A stretch of 39,923 nt of DNA, taken from a virus. Its lineage: Duplodnaviria > Caudoviricetes. Below are positions 1 to 8,815 of this stretch, one piece after another. Below the pieces are notes generated by a model, which did not search any database, was not told the origin of the DNA, and was given only the letters and a program-made list of their open reading frames with translations. Position numbers and translations under genes: made by a program. Every line of letters begins with the position of its first letter. Position 1 is the stretch's first letter. The stretch lies in the IMG/VR virus record IMGVR_UViG_3300032329_000867, positions 1 to 39,923 of that record. One strand, written 5' to 3'.

Positions 1-36
1 AAGCTTTGCAATATCATGGAGTCTTGTACGATGCGT

Positions 37-76
37 AGTAAGGGTTGCCGAACTGGACCCTACTGAAGTCCAGTTC
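37..76 (+). promoter_or_regulatory. Putative H-type RNA pseudoknot in the SSB leader
   Basis: GAACTGGA (50-57) pairs with TCCAGTTC (69-76), and AGGG (41-44) pairs with CCCT (58-61), extendable with a bulge to AGTA (37-40). An A-rich unstructured tract and an AAGG RBS follow. Confidence 0.6.
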
Positions 77-103
77 AATAAAACGTTAAAAAAGGTAAAA
101 ATC

Positions 104-634
104 ATGGCATCAAGTTCAACAAAAGTTAAATTCGTAACAAACAAAGTTCGTTTCTCGTTTGTCCACGTGTTTGAGCCAGCAGAAAATCTTAGTGGCAAAT
201 TAAAATATTCAGCATCCATTTTAATTCCTAAGACAGATAAAGCTGGTATCGCGGCATTTAATAAAGCATTTGAAGATTGCAAGAAAGCTAACATGGGCTA
301 CTTTGGTGGCGCTATCCCCAAGAATTTAAAGGGCGGTCTACGCGACGGCGATGTAGAAAAAGATGATCCGGTTTATGCTGGTCATTATTTCTTCAATGCT
401 AATGCAGATTTGAAGCCTGGTGTTTTTGATGAGAATTCACAAGAGATTATTGATCCTAATGAATTTTATAGTGGTTGTTATGGCCGTGCCTCTATTACAA
501 TGTATCCATATGATGTAAGCGGTTCTAAAGGCATTGGTTACGGTTTAAGTGCAGTCAAGAAAACAGAAGATGGCGCTAAACTTGGCGGTGCAACAGCATC
601 CGCAAATGATTTTGCAGCAGACTTTGCAGTATAA
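104..634 (+). CDS. Phage ssDNA-binding protein, DUF2815 family (T7 gp2.5-like OB fold)
   Basis: Motifs VRFSFVHVFEP, KYSASILIPK, LRDGD, FYSGCYGRASI and DGAKLGG, with an acidic/aromatic C-terminal tail (NDFAADF). Lies in the replication module. Confidence 0.85.
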   Translation: MASSSTKVKFVTNKVRFSFVHVFEPAENLSGKLKYSASILIPKTDKAGIAAFNKAFEDCKKANMGYFGGAIPKNLKGGLRDGDVEKDDPVYAGHYFFNANADLKPGVFDENSQEIIDPNEFYSGCYGRASITMYPYDVSGSKGIGYGLSAVKKTEDGAKLGGATASANDFAADFAV

Positions 635-665
635 GTAGTTCCTTCAATCAGTAGTACAGTAGTGC

Positions 666-700
666 AGGGAGTGTCCGTAGAAACTGCGGCCTCCCTTTTT
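666..700 (+). terminator. Putative intrinsic terminator between the SSB gene and nrdJ
   Basis: Bulged stem AGGGAG.G.CCGTAG-AAA-CTGCGG.C.CTCCCT followed by a T run. Confidence 0.55.
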
Positions 701-728
701 CGTCAACCCATAATACAGAGAATAATAA

Positions 729-2603
729 ATGGATCAGTACCAAGAATACATTGCCGCCAGCAGATATGCCCGATTTGTAGATGAAAAACATCGTCGGGAA
801 ACATGGGCCGAAACAGTAAATCGTTACGTAGAATATGTTTTTAGTCGTACCCCTGCAATACAAGGTAATACCGAATTAAAGAATGAAATTTTTGATGCAA
901 TCCACAATTTAGATTTGATGCCGTCCATGCGAGCCATGATGACGGCAGGAAAGAGTGCCGATCGTGATAACACATGCGTTTACAACTGTTCTTACCTTCC
1001 TGTCGATGATCCAAAATCGTTTGATGAAGCTATGTTTATCTTGCTCTGTGGAACAGGTGTGGGATTCTCTGTTGAATCGAAATACATTAATCAGTTGCCA
1101 GAAGTGCCAGAGAAACTTTTTGAGTCCGACCACACCATCTCAGTACATGATTCAAAAGAAGGATGGGCAAAATCTTTGCGACTTTTGCTTGCCAACCTTT
1201 GGGCCGGAGAAATTCCAAAGTGGGACGTGTCCAATGTCCGTCCTGCCGGAGCACGACTCAAAACTTTTGGTGGAAGAGCTTCCGGGCCAGAACCATTAGT
1301 TGATTTATTTAACTTTACTGTATCAATCTTTAAACACGCACAAGGCCGCAGGCTGCATTCTTTGGAATGCCATGACCTGATGTGCAAAATTGGTGAGGTG
1401 GTTGTAGTGGGTGGCGTTCGCCGCTCAGCTATGATATCCTTGTCAGACTTAGATGATGAAAGGATTCGACATGCAAAAGCTGGACCTTGGTGGGATACGG
1501 CACCTCATCGTGCGCTCGCTAACAACTCTGCCGTTTATAATGAAACTCCGACGGTTGGTAAGTTCATGGAAGAATGGCTTTCTCTCTATAATTCACACTC
1601 CGGCGAACGGGGAATCTTTAACAGAGAAGCTGCAAAGAAAACTGTGGCCAAATACGGTAATCGAGACACTGATTATGATTTTGGTACCAATCCTTGTTCT
1701 GAAATTGTTCTTCGTCCATACCAATTTTGTAACCTTACTGAAGCTGTAGTACGCCATGATGATACAAAAGATACCCTACTACGCAAGGTACGAATTGCTG
1801 CCATCCTCGGCACCATCCAATCTACGTTCACAAAATTCCCATATTTGCGGAAAGTGTGGCAAAGAAATACTGAAGAGGAAAGATTGCTCGGCGTGTCACT
1901 CACCGGCATATACGATAACCCTCTCCTCACAACCCAAGGAGATAAATTAAATGGTTTACTTACAGAGCTTCGAGAGGAAGCTAGACGAGCCAACGAAGAA
2001 TTTGCAGAGCTGCTTGGAATACCTAAAAGTGCTGCAATTACTTGCGTTAAGCCCAGTGGAACCGTCAGCCAACTCGTTGATAGTGCTTCTGGAATCCACC
2101 CTAGACACGCTAAGTACTACATTAGACGAGTTAGAGGAGATAAGAAAGACCCTCTCACCCAATTCTTAATTGAACAAGGAATCCCAAATGAAGCATGCGT
2201 TTATAAACCAGATCAGACTGTGGTGTTTAGCTTTCCTCAAAAAGCACCCGCCGGTATCGTCCGAGCAGATGTCACTCCTATATCACATCTGGAACTCTGG
2301 CTCACGTATCAGCGACATTGGTGTGAACATAAACCTAGTGTCACCATCTCAGTTGAAGAAAAAGACTGGCCAAGTGTCGGAGCGTGGACGTGGGACCACT
2401 TTGACGAAATCTCTGGTGTTTCCTATCTTCCCTATGACGGAGGAACGTATCGCCAAGCGCCGTACGAAGAGTGCAGCCAAGAAGACTACGAAAAGCTCAA
2501 AGCCAGTATCCCGCACATCAACTGGGAAGACTTTAAAGAAAACACAGACAACGTCGAAGGTGCGCAGCAACTAGCGTGTACGGCGGGTGCTTGTGAGATC
2601 TGA
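729..2603 (+). CDS. nrdJ: Class II adenosylcobalamin-dependent ribonucleotide reductase (monomeric RTPR-like)
   Basis: Motifs YNCSY, GGVRRSAMI, TNPCSEI (thiyl-radical Cys), FCNLTE, VKPSGTVSQL and a C-terminal CTAGAC redox pair. No class I beta subunit is adjacent. Confidence 0.92.
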   Translation: MDQYQEYIAASRYARFVDEKHRRETWAETVNRYVEYVFSRTPAIQGNTELKNEIFDAIHNLDLMPSMRAMMTAGKSADRDNTCVYNCSYLPVDDPKSFDEAMFILLCGTGVGFSVESKYINQLPEVPEKLFESDHTISVHDSKEGWAKSLRLLLANLWAGEIPKWDVSNVRPAGARLKTFGGRASGPEPLVDLFNFTVSIFKHAQGRRLHSLECHDLMCKIGEVVVVGGVRRSAMISLSDLDDERIRHAKAGPWWDTAPHRALANNSAVYNETPTVGKFMEEWLSLYNSHSGERGIFNREAAKKTVAKYGNRDTDYDFGTNPCSEIVLRPYQFCNLTEAVVRHDDTKDTLLRKVRIAAILGTIQSTFTKFPYLRKVWQRNTEEERLLGVSLTGIYDNPLLTTQGDKLNGLLTELREEARRANEEFAELLGIPKSAAITCVKPSGTVSQLVDSASGIHPRHAKYYIRRVRGDKKDPLTQFLIEQGIPNEACVYKPDQTVVFSFPQKAPAGIVRADVTPISHLELWLTYQRHWCEHKPSVTISVEEKDWPSVGAWTWDHFDEISGVSYLPYDGGTYRQAPYEECSQEDYEKLKASIPHINWEDFKENTDNVEGAQQLACTAGACEI

Positions 2604-2606
2604 TCC

Positions 2607-2795
2607 ATGGCTATGCCCGCCGTTAAGTTTGAGAAACTGGAATCTAGCATGGATGTGGCAAGTCCATGCACCGGAGTCTGTACGCTCAACTTATTCGGAG
2701 TTTGTAAGGGTTGTAAAAGAACGAGGGAAGAGATTACAGCTTGGACACGTTTATCAAACAACGAAAAGCAACAGATAATAGACAGGCTTTTTTAA
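2607..2795 (+). CDS. DUF1289 / YdhL-like small Cys-rich putative Fe-S protein
   Basis: SPCTGVCT...VCKGCKRTREEITAW signature. The true start could be the later Met at 2649. Confidence 0.8.
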   Translation: MAMPAVKFEKLESSMDVASPCTGVCTLNLFGVCKGCKRTREEITAWTRLSNNEKQQIIDRLF

Positions 2796-2818
2796 AAGTT
2801 TTACATGGTGGTGATATT

Positions 2819-2846
2819 GGGGCGGCTTGTACAGCGCCCCTTTTTT
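2819..2846 (+). terminator. Intrinsic terminator
   Basis: GGGGC(G)GCT-TGTAC-AGC-GCCCC followed by TTTTTT. Confidence 0.8.
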
Positions 2847-2856
2847 ATGCTATAAT
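2827..2856 (+). promoter_or_regulatory. Sigma70-type extended -10 promoter for the DNA polymerase gene
   Basis: TG-C-TATAAT at 2848-2856, with TTGTAC at 2827-2832 (18-nt spacer). An AGGAG RBS precedes ATG 2896. Confidence 0.7.
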
Positions 2857-2895
2857 GGACTTCTATAGATTCGTCTAGACGCCTTAGGAGCATAA

Positions 2896-4809
2896 ATGAT
2901 ATATTCGATTGACTTTGAAACCCGCAGTTTTGCAGACCTCACCGAGGTTGGATTAGACAAATACGCAAACTGCCTATCTACAAAAGTATTGTGTATTGCG
3001 TTCGGCACTGAGCCGTATTCTATAAAATGCGGCTCACCTTCTGAGCCGTTTTTAGAACCCCTTTTAGACCATGTTCGCCAAGGCGGCAAAATACAGGCAT
3101 GGAATGCCATGTTTGAGTACGCCATTTGGAACTGCGTCTGTGTGCCTAAATACGGTTGGCCTAGGCTTTACTTGCACCAGTGTATTGACACCATGGCCAT
3201 AGCGGCAGCCAATAACGTCCCTCAGGCCCTTGGCGATGCAGCTATCTTTATGGACGCCAACCAAAAGAAAGATACCCGTGGCAGGCTGTTAATTCAAAAG
3301 CTATGCAAACCCCACAAAGGCGTTTTTAACAATGACCCAGCATTTATGGCTGAACTGTTTGCCTACTGTGTACAGGACGTACGCACAGAGATGGCCATAG
3401 GAGCCGTTTTAAGGCCCCTAGACGCCTCTGAACAGAAAATATGGGAGCTTACCCAGCGGATTAATTTGAGAGGCGTACCGGTTGATCCACAGGAGCTTCA
3501 TAACGCTGTTTTGGCTGTGGTAAGGGCACAGGATGCCTTGGACAACGAATGTGTTGCCTTGACCGGTTGTAAGCCTTCTGAGAGGGCCAAATTGCTAGAG
3601 TGGATTAACCAACGCATTCCCCATGCACCCATGCCGGATTTGACCGCCGAGACTGTCTCAAAAATGTTGCAGTGCAACATATTCCCAGTAATTAAGAGGG
3701 TGTTAGAATTACGCCAAGAAGGCAGCCAAACTAGCGTGGCTAAGTACGCTAAGATGATGGAGATACAACGTGAAGGACGTATTAGGAATACCTTGGTTTA
3801 TCATGGCGCGAGTACTGGTCGCTGGGCTTCTCGCGGTGGACTTAATCTTCAAAATATTGCTCGACCTACTCTGGGCGACGAACAGATTGCAGTTGCGATA
3901 CCGCGTGTTTTTGGGGAAGGTGTTGGTACGATGGCTGAACTATCCAGCTTGGTGCGTTCCGCTATTAGTGCGCCGAATGGAACCACCTTTGTGGACGTCG
4001 ATTTTTCGTCCATCGAAAACAGAGTCGGCGTCTATCTTGCGGGACAAAAAGATAAAGTCGAGCTCTTCAGAAAAGGATTAGATGAATATAAAGTATTTGC
4101 TTCAGAAAGCCTATACCGAGTCCCTTATGATGAGGTCACGAAGGATCAACGCCAGGTATCAAAATCAGCTGTCCTCGGTGCGATGTTTGGCCAAGGTGCT
4201 AAAGGACTGGTTAAATATGCTGAGGGGATGGGTGTTAAACTTACTGAAGAGCAAGCAAAAAATGCGGTAGATAATTACCGTAGTTCCTATGCAAGAGTAA
4301 AAGCTTTGTGGGCTGCATGCGAAACTGCTGCACTTGATGCAGTAGAAAATCCCGGAACAGGATTTTTTGCAGGAGAAAAAATAAAATTAAAGGTTGCTAA
4401 GAAAGCGTTGTGGATGCAGCTTCCGTCAGGCCGTCTTATCTGTTGGCAAAGACCAGAGATCGAGTTGCTCACCACCCCCTGGGGAACGGAAAAGCTCGGC
4501 GTTACTATACATAGCCAAAATACTTACACTCGGCAATGGGGCAGGAACCCATTGATTGGCAGTAGTATCTTTCAAAGTGCTGTTCAAGGAACTGCCAGAG
4601 ACTTCTTGGCTAACGCCATGCTCAATCTCGAATTGGCTGGCTATGAGCTTATAAACTCCATCCATGATGAGGTATTACTCCTAACAGAAGAACAAAGTGC
4701 GGAGTCCGCATTAGAAGATGTTGTTCAAATTATGACAACACCACCAACGTGGGCTCCTGACTTTCCTCTCGCAGCGGAGGGATGGGTAGGGAAACGTTAC
4801 AGAAAGTAA
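2896..4809 (+). CDS. polA: Family A DNA polymerase with 3'-5' exonuclease domain (APSE/SPO2-like phage type)
   Basis: ExoI DFET, ExoII AWNAMFE, ExoIII YCVQDV, HGASTGRWAS, motif A DFSSIENR, motif B RQVSKSAVLGAMFG, motif C IHDE. Confidence 0.92.
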   Translation: MIYSIDFETRSFADLTEVGLDKYANCLSTKVLCIAFGTEPYSIKCGSPSEPFLEPLLDHVRQGGKIQAWNAMFEYAIWNCVCVPKYGWPRLYLHQCIDTMAIAAANNVPQALGDAAIFMDANQKKDTRGRLLIQKLCKPHKGVFNNDPAFMAELFAYCVQDVRTEMAIGAVLRPLDASEQKIWELTQRINLRGVPVDPQELHNAVLAVVRAQDALDNECVALTGCKPSERAKLLEWINQRIPHAPMPDLTAETVSKMLQCNIFPVIKRVLELRQEGSQTSVAKYAKMMEIQREGRIRNTLVYHGASTGRWASRGGLNLQNIARPTLGDEQIAVAIPRVFGEGVGTMAELSSLVRSAISAPNGTTFVDVDFSSIENRVGVYLAGQKDKVELFRKGLDEYKVFASESLYRVPYDEVTKDQRQVSKSAVLGAMFGQGAKGLVKYAEGMGVKLTEEQAKNAVDNYRSSYARVKALWAACETAALDAVENPGTGFFAGEKIKLKVAKKALWMQLPSGRLICWQRPEIELLTTPWGTEKLGVTIHSQNTYTRQWGRNPLIGSSIFQSAVQGTARDFLANAMLNLELAGYELINSIHDEVLLLTEEQSAESALEDVVQIMTTPPTWAPDFPLAAEGWVGKRYRK

Positions 4810-7020
4810 CTATTTAGGAGGGGTAAGTTCTTCCATGGTGTCCGGGTTAAATACTTGGACACCAGGTCTTCTATTTTCTTTAAATTGTTGAACAGTAGAT
4901 AAAGCAGCGCCCGGAGCAAGTTCTTTAAGCGCTTGACCTGTTTGTTGCGACAATTGTGAACGAGGCGCCATCGCAGCTTTTTTAATAAATTCTTGAATTG
5001 CGGGATTGTATAACATTCTTGAACCAGCAATAGTTCCGCCACCAAGGGCTGCTAATGCTTCCGCAGGTATTCCTGCAAGATGGCCAAGATAGCCTAATCC
5101 ACCGGCACCACCAAGACCGCTTAACTGATAGGCTAAACGACGTTGGCCATAAGATTGGCCGCCTTCGCCAGTTGTTGCAATATCAATACCTTCTTTAGCT
5201 AATTTATTTTGAGCTTTTGCTTGTGCTTCAAGATAATCAGCTTGTTTGGTAAGGTTTTTACTTTGGGTTTTAGAACTTTCTGAAATTGCTGCTTTTTCTG
5301 CTTTTTTCTTTGCAGCAGTTGAAGCTTTTGTATCCGCTTCTAATTTCTTTTCAGCAGCGCGTTTAGCCATCATTTGCTCGTAAGCTGCCACAGCCTCAGC
5401 TTGCTCAGGATGGGTTGCACCAGCAAAACGTTTTGTGCTTGTTTCAGATTTAATGGCGTTAAGGTATTGTTTAGGATCAAACACACCACCTTGATCAGCC
5501 ACACTTTTAATGTAGCTAGAAGCTTTTTGGGCGGGTTGAAAAAGACTGTAGGCTTTATTGGCAGCACGAATGCCTTCGTTGTCTGCCAAATCAGCCCAAG
5601 CACTTCGTATGTCTTTTAATGCTTGACCAAACTGTTGCTGCTCTGGGTCAAAGCTTTTTCCGTATTTGTATGCCTTGTCACCCAAAGCTTTTAACTGTGT
5701 GTGCCACTGATCTGGTGTTAACAAACGAGAATCACCAGCTTTAGCAACCAGTTTATCTATTTCGGAATCCAACATGTCAGCATACTTAGTGCCAATTAAA
5801 TCATCTTTATGACTTTCGGCTAAAGTTTTAAACTCAGTCTCTGCTTCTGGCGAGAATCGAATATCATCCATTTCCGATAATGGTTTAGTATAGGCATTGC
5901 CCAATTTTTCCTGAGCGTATTTAATCGCTTCAGTACCTTTTACGCCGGGTTGCAATTTCTCACCAATGGGGGCAAGCGCTTTATTAATTTGATTAATACT
6001 AAATTGCTCTTCTTCAGCAGCTAATTTATCAGCGCGTTGTTTAAAGAACATATCATGCTGCTTATCAAAATTAGCATGCTTAGTTTCTAAATTTGTTTTT
6101 AATGTATTTAAAGAAGCATCTTTAGCTTCTTTCATGCCAGTAATAGCTTGTTTAGTAGCTTGTGTGCCCAACTCCGCTTTTTCTTTAGCAATCTCGGTTA
6201 AAGACTTTTGACCTTTACCAATAGCTTCTTCAGCTCTACTAAATGGAAGTGTTGCCAAAAAGTTTTCAATTTTTTGAGTTGCGCCACCGAGCATTTGCCC
6301 AATAGAAGTATCACGCATGATTTCTTCTTTGGTAAAGCCTTTAGCCATTAAATCTTTAGCACGTTGTAAAGCTGGGTCAAGCACTTTGCCTGCACCTGTC
6401 AATACACCATGTGTTAACGCACCTAATCCAGCGCCAATAGCGCCTTCTTTTATCATTTCTGTCGGTGATTCTGTGCCGAGAACTCCAACAGCGCCACCAC
6501 CTAATGTAGATTGTAGTGCAGGACTTTTTGCAATAGCGCTGACAACAGGAGCAGCACCCGGGATTTGAGATAGAGGAGCGCCAAGTTTACCTAAACCACT
6601 TAATATTTTTCCATAGCTGTAGATGTCACCACCTAAACTAGCTAAAGAACCCACTGGCCCTTTTAAAGAAATATCACCAATGTAAGGCAAACTTCCCAAA
6701 GGCATTTCAGGACCTTGTTCCTTAATGCCGGTATCCATTTGTTTGAGCGCTTTGCCAGGCTCTTCCATACCCATCCAACTCATTACATTGGTAACAGGTT
6801 TAGCAACTGCCATAGCAGCACGAACAGGAGCACCAACAACGTCAGTCATTATTTTAGCAGCAGTCTCTCCGCCTTTAGGCGCAACTTGACCGCTAGGAGC
6901 AATTAAAGGAATGCCTGCTTCTGTATATTGGGTATCTTCGTCAGGTGTAAATGGGGCCGCCTTAGGTTCAGCTGCGTATTCACGACCAACAGGAACTTCT
7001 GGTGCATATTCTCTGGCCAT
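4810..7020 (-). CDS. Putative internal virion / DNA ejection protein (736 aa)
   Basis: Ala/Gly/Lys-rich helical protein with Gly-zipper hydrophobic segments. It is the last gene of the late operon, a position typical of podovirus ejection proteins. Confidence 0.55.
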   Translation of the reverse strand: MAREYAPEVPVGREYAAEPKAAPFTPDEDTQYTEAGIPLIAPSGQVAPKGGETAAKIMTDVVGAPVRAAMAVAKPVTNVMSWMGMEEPGKALKQMDTGIKEQGPEMPLGSLPYIGDISLKGPVGSLASLGGDIYSYGKILSGLGKLGAPLSQIPGAAPVVSAIAKSPALQSTLGGGAVGVLGTESPTEMIKEGAIGAGLGALTHGVLTGAGKVLDPALQRAKDLMAKGFTKEEIMRDTSIGQMLGGATQKIENFLATLPFSRAEEAIGKGQKSLTEIAKEKAELGTQATKQAITGMKEAKDASLNTLKTNLETKHANFDKQHDMFFKQRADKLAAEEEQFSINQINKALAPIGEKLQPGVKGTEAIKYAQEKLGNAYTKPLSEMDDIRFSPEAETEFKTLAESHKDDLIGTKYADMLDSEIDKLVAKAGDSRLLTPDQWHTQLKALGDKAYKYGKSFDPEQQQFGQALKDIRSAWADLADNEGIRAANKAYSLFQPAQKASSYIKSVADQGGVFDPKQYLNAIKSETSTKRFAGATHPEQAEAVAAYEQMMAKRAAEKKLEADTKASTAAKKKAEKAAISESSKTQSKNLTKQADYLEAQAKAQNKLAKEGIDIATTGEGGQSYGQRRLAYQLSGLGGAGGLGYLGHLAGIPAEALAALGGGTIAGSRMLYNPAIQEFIKKAAMAPRSQLSQQTGQALKELAPGAALSTVQQFKENRRPGVQVFNPDTMEELTPPK

Positions 7021-8804
7021 TATTTTTTAGGTTCCCGATAAAATCCCTTGTCGTCTTTACCGTAAGTCCATTTATCTGGCTCATAGGCACCAAATCTTTG
7101 TGTTGCTTCAGTTGCAATTGGATTGGCTGCAGCTTTAGCAGCTTTACCTTTTTTAGGACCATCTTTAAACGCGTCAACGTTTTCTACCATAATTCTATCT
7201 CTGGCACCGCTTTTCTTCCAATCCAAAAAGGCTTGTTGTTCATTGCCAGGATTTTTAATTAAAGTATCCATTAAATCATCATCAACCAATGCTTTTGCTT
7301 TTTGCAATTGATACATATTTTTAGTGTATTCATATGGATCATTAATGCCAGCAAAGTTAGCCAACCAAGATTCACTTTCTTGAGCAGTAAACTGAGAACC
7401 CATAGCAGCTCTTGCACCGGCTGCAGACGTTAATTTACGAGCTTGCTCTATGCTCAAATTGCGCATGTATTTTTCAATTTCTTCAGGCTTTTGTGGGATA
7501 CCAAGAACCTGAGCATACTTACTTAGCATTTGGTTAATACTAGTTCCAGGACCAAAATCGCTTTGTTTGCCATTTTTTAATGCATTTAATACTTGGTTAG
7601 ATAAGTCAACAGTATCATGCTGCGCAGTAACCCGAGCTTGCAAATCTTTGTAAGGACCTTCTAAAAATGCTTTTTGACTTGCTTCAGTCTTTTTAACACC
7701 GGATTCAAACTCTTGCAAACTTGGAGTGCCGCCCATCGGTGCTGCAGCAGTTGCAGGTTTAATTCTAGAAAAATGATTTTCTTCTATACCAGCGCCACGC
7801 TTGTATCCCGCAGCTGCGGCTTTTGCTTCTAGTTCAGGAGTAACAGAACCAGGTTTTACATCAAAGCCATCACCAGTAAAATGTGGGCTTGTTTTTAAAT
7901 CAATTGGGCGACCTTGAGCAGTTCTTGGAACACCGTTTTCATCGTAATGGTGAACCAACGCCGCACTTTCTGCAGGTGTTCTTGTGCCACTAATAACTTG
8001 AAAACCGTTATCAACAGCCCAATCAGCGGCTGTAGTTTTACCTTGAGTTGGAGCAGTTAGGGTTTGATTTAGTCCGGGGTTTGCTTTAGAAATTAAAGCT
8101 GCAATTTCAGGTCTATTTTCAGTGTATTGAACCCACAAACGACGAGTTATTTTATCGGGTTTGTTGGTAACCGGATTCATAAAATCAACCGGCGTATCCA
8201 TATCGGCACTAAATTGTTTCTTCAGGCTTGCCGCATTGTATTCGTCAAATGCCCTTTTACGTAAAGCTTGTGCTGCAGCTACGTTTCCTTCTTCATAAAT
8301 TAAACGATTTATTTCAGCTTGTGTTGCAGGATTAATTGGGCCTTGCGCAGCTCCTATCGGGGCAGCACCAGCTGCACCAGGCACACCAGCTGCCTCAGCT
8401 TGTGGAGAAGTTAGTGATGTTGCTGCTCTTTGTAACGCACCTTGACTACCTTGAAGGGCAGCTATAGATTGTGCAATGTTATAACGTTGAGCTTCTTTTT
8501 GTTGTTTTTGTTCGGCTAAATGGCGAAACATTGGTTCTTTGTTATATTGAGCCCAAGCAGACATTTCTTGTAAATCATTTTGAAACTTTTCAAGAGGTTT
8601 TTCCTCAAGAAGTTTTTGCATGTTTTGCAAAATGTTTTTATTTGTTTCTGCATCCATTAGTATTCCGCTAGGAGCAGTCATAGTTGCAATTTGACCTTTA
8701 CCACCGGGAGTAAATTTAATAGGGGAAATAACCGGCAGACCGCCTTTTGGCTCAGAGCTGTCAGTCGTTAATGAACTATTAGTATCTTGATCTGGATTTA
8801 TCAT
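7020..8804 (-). CDS. Putative ejection protein with an internal M15-like (LAS) peptidoglycan peptidase domain
   Basis: VISGTRT...SPHFTGDGFDV...EENHF motif order embedded in a helical Ala/Gln-rich protein. Confidence 0.6.
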   Translation of the reverse strand: MINPDQDTNSSLTTDSSEPKGGLPVISPIKFTPGGKGQIATMTAPSGILMDAETNKNILQNMQKLLEEKPLEKFQNDLQEMSAWAQYNKEPMFRHLAEQKQQKEAQRYNIAQSIAALQGSQGALQRAATSLTSPQAEAAGVPGAAGAAPIGAAQGPINPATQAEINRLIYEEGNVAAAQALRKRAFDEYNAASLKKQFSADMDTPVDFMNPVTNKPDKITRRLWVQYTENRPEIAALISKANPGLNQTLTAPTQGKTTAADWAVDNGFQVISGTRTPAESAALVHHYDENGVPRTAQGRPIDLKTSPHFTGDGFDVKPGSVTPELEAKAAAAGYKRGAGIEENHFSRIKPATAAAPMGGTPSLQEFESGVKKTEASQKAFLEGPYKDLQARVTAQHDTVDLSNQVLNALKNGKQSDFGPGTSINQMLSKYAQVLGIPQKPEEIEKYMRNLSIEQARKLTSAAGARAAMGSQFTAQESESWLANFAGINDPYEYTKNMYQLQKAKALVDDDLMDTLIKNPGNEQQAFLDWKKSGARDRIMVENVDAFKDGPKKGKAAKAAANPIATEATQRFGAYEPDKWTYGKDDKGFYREPKK

Positions 8805-8815
8805 ATAATTTATCT

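Noticed and set aside
5-32. Sigma70 promoter TTGCAA...TACGAT upstream of the SSB gene
   Set aside because: The spacer is only 15 nt and the site is at the window edge, so support is too weak.
648-4665. Short overlapping ORFs within nrdJ and polA
   Set aside because: They overlap well-supported genes and carry no recognisable motifs.
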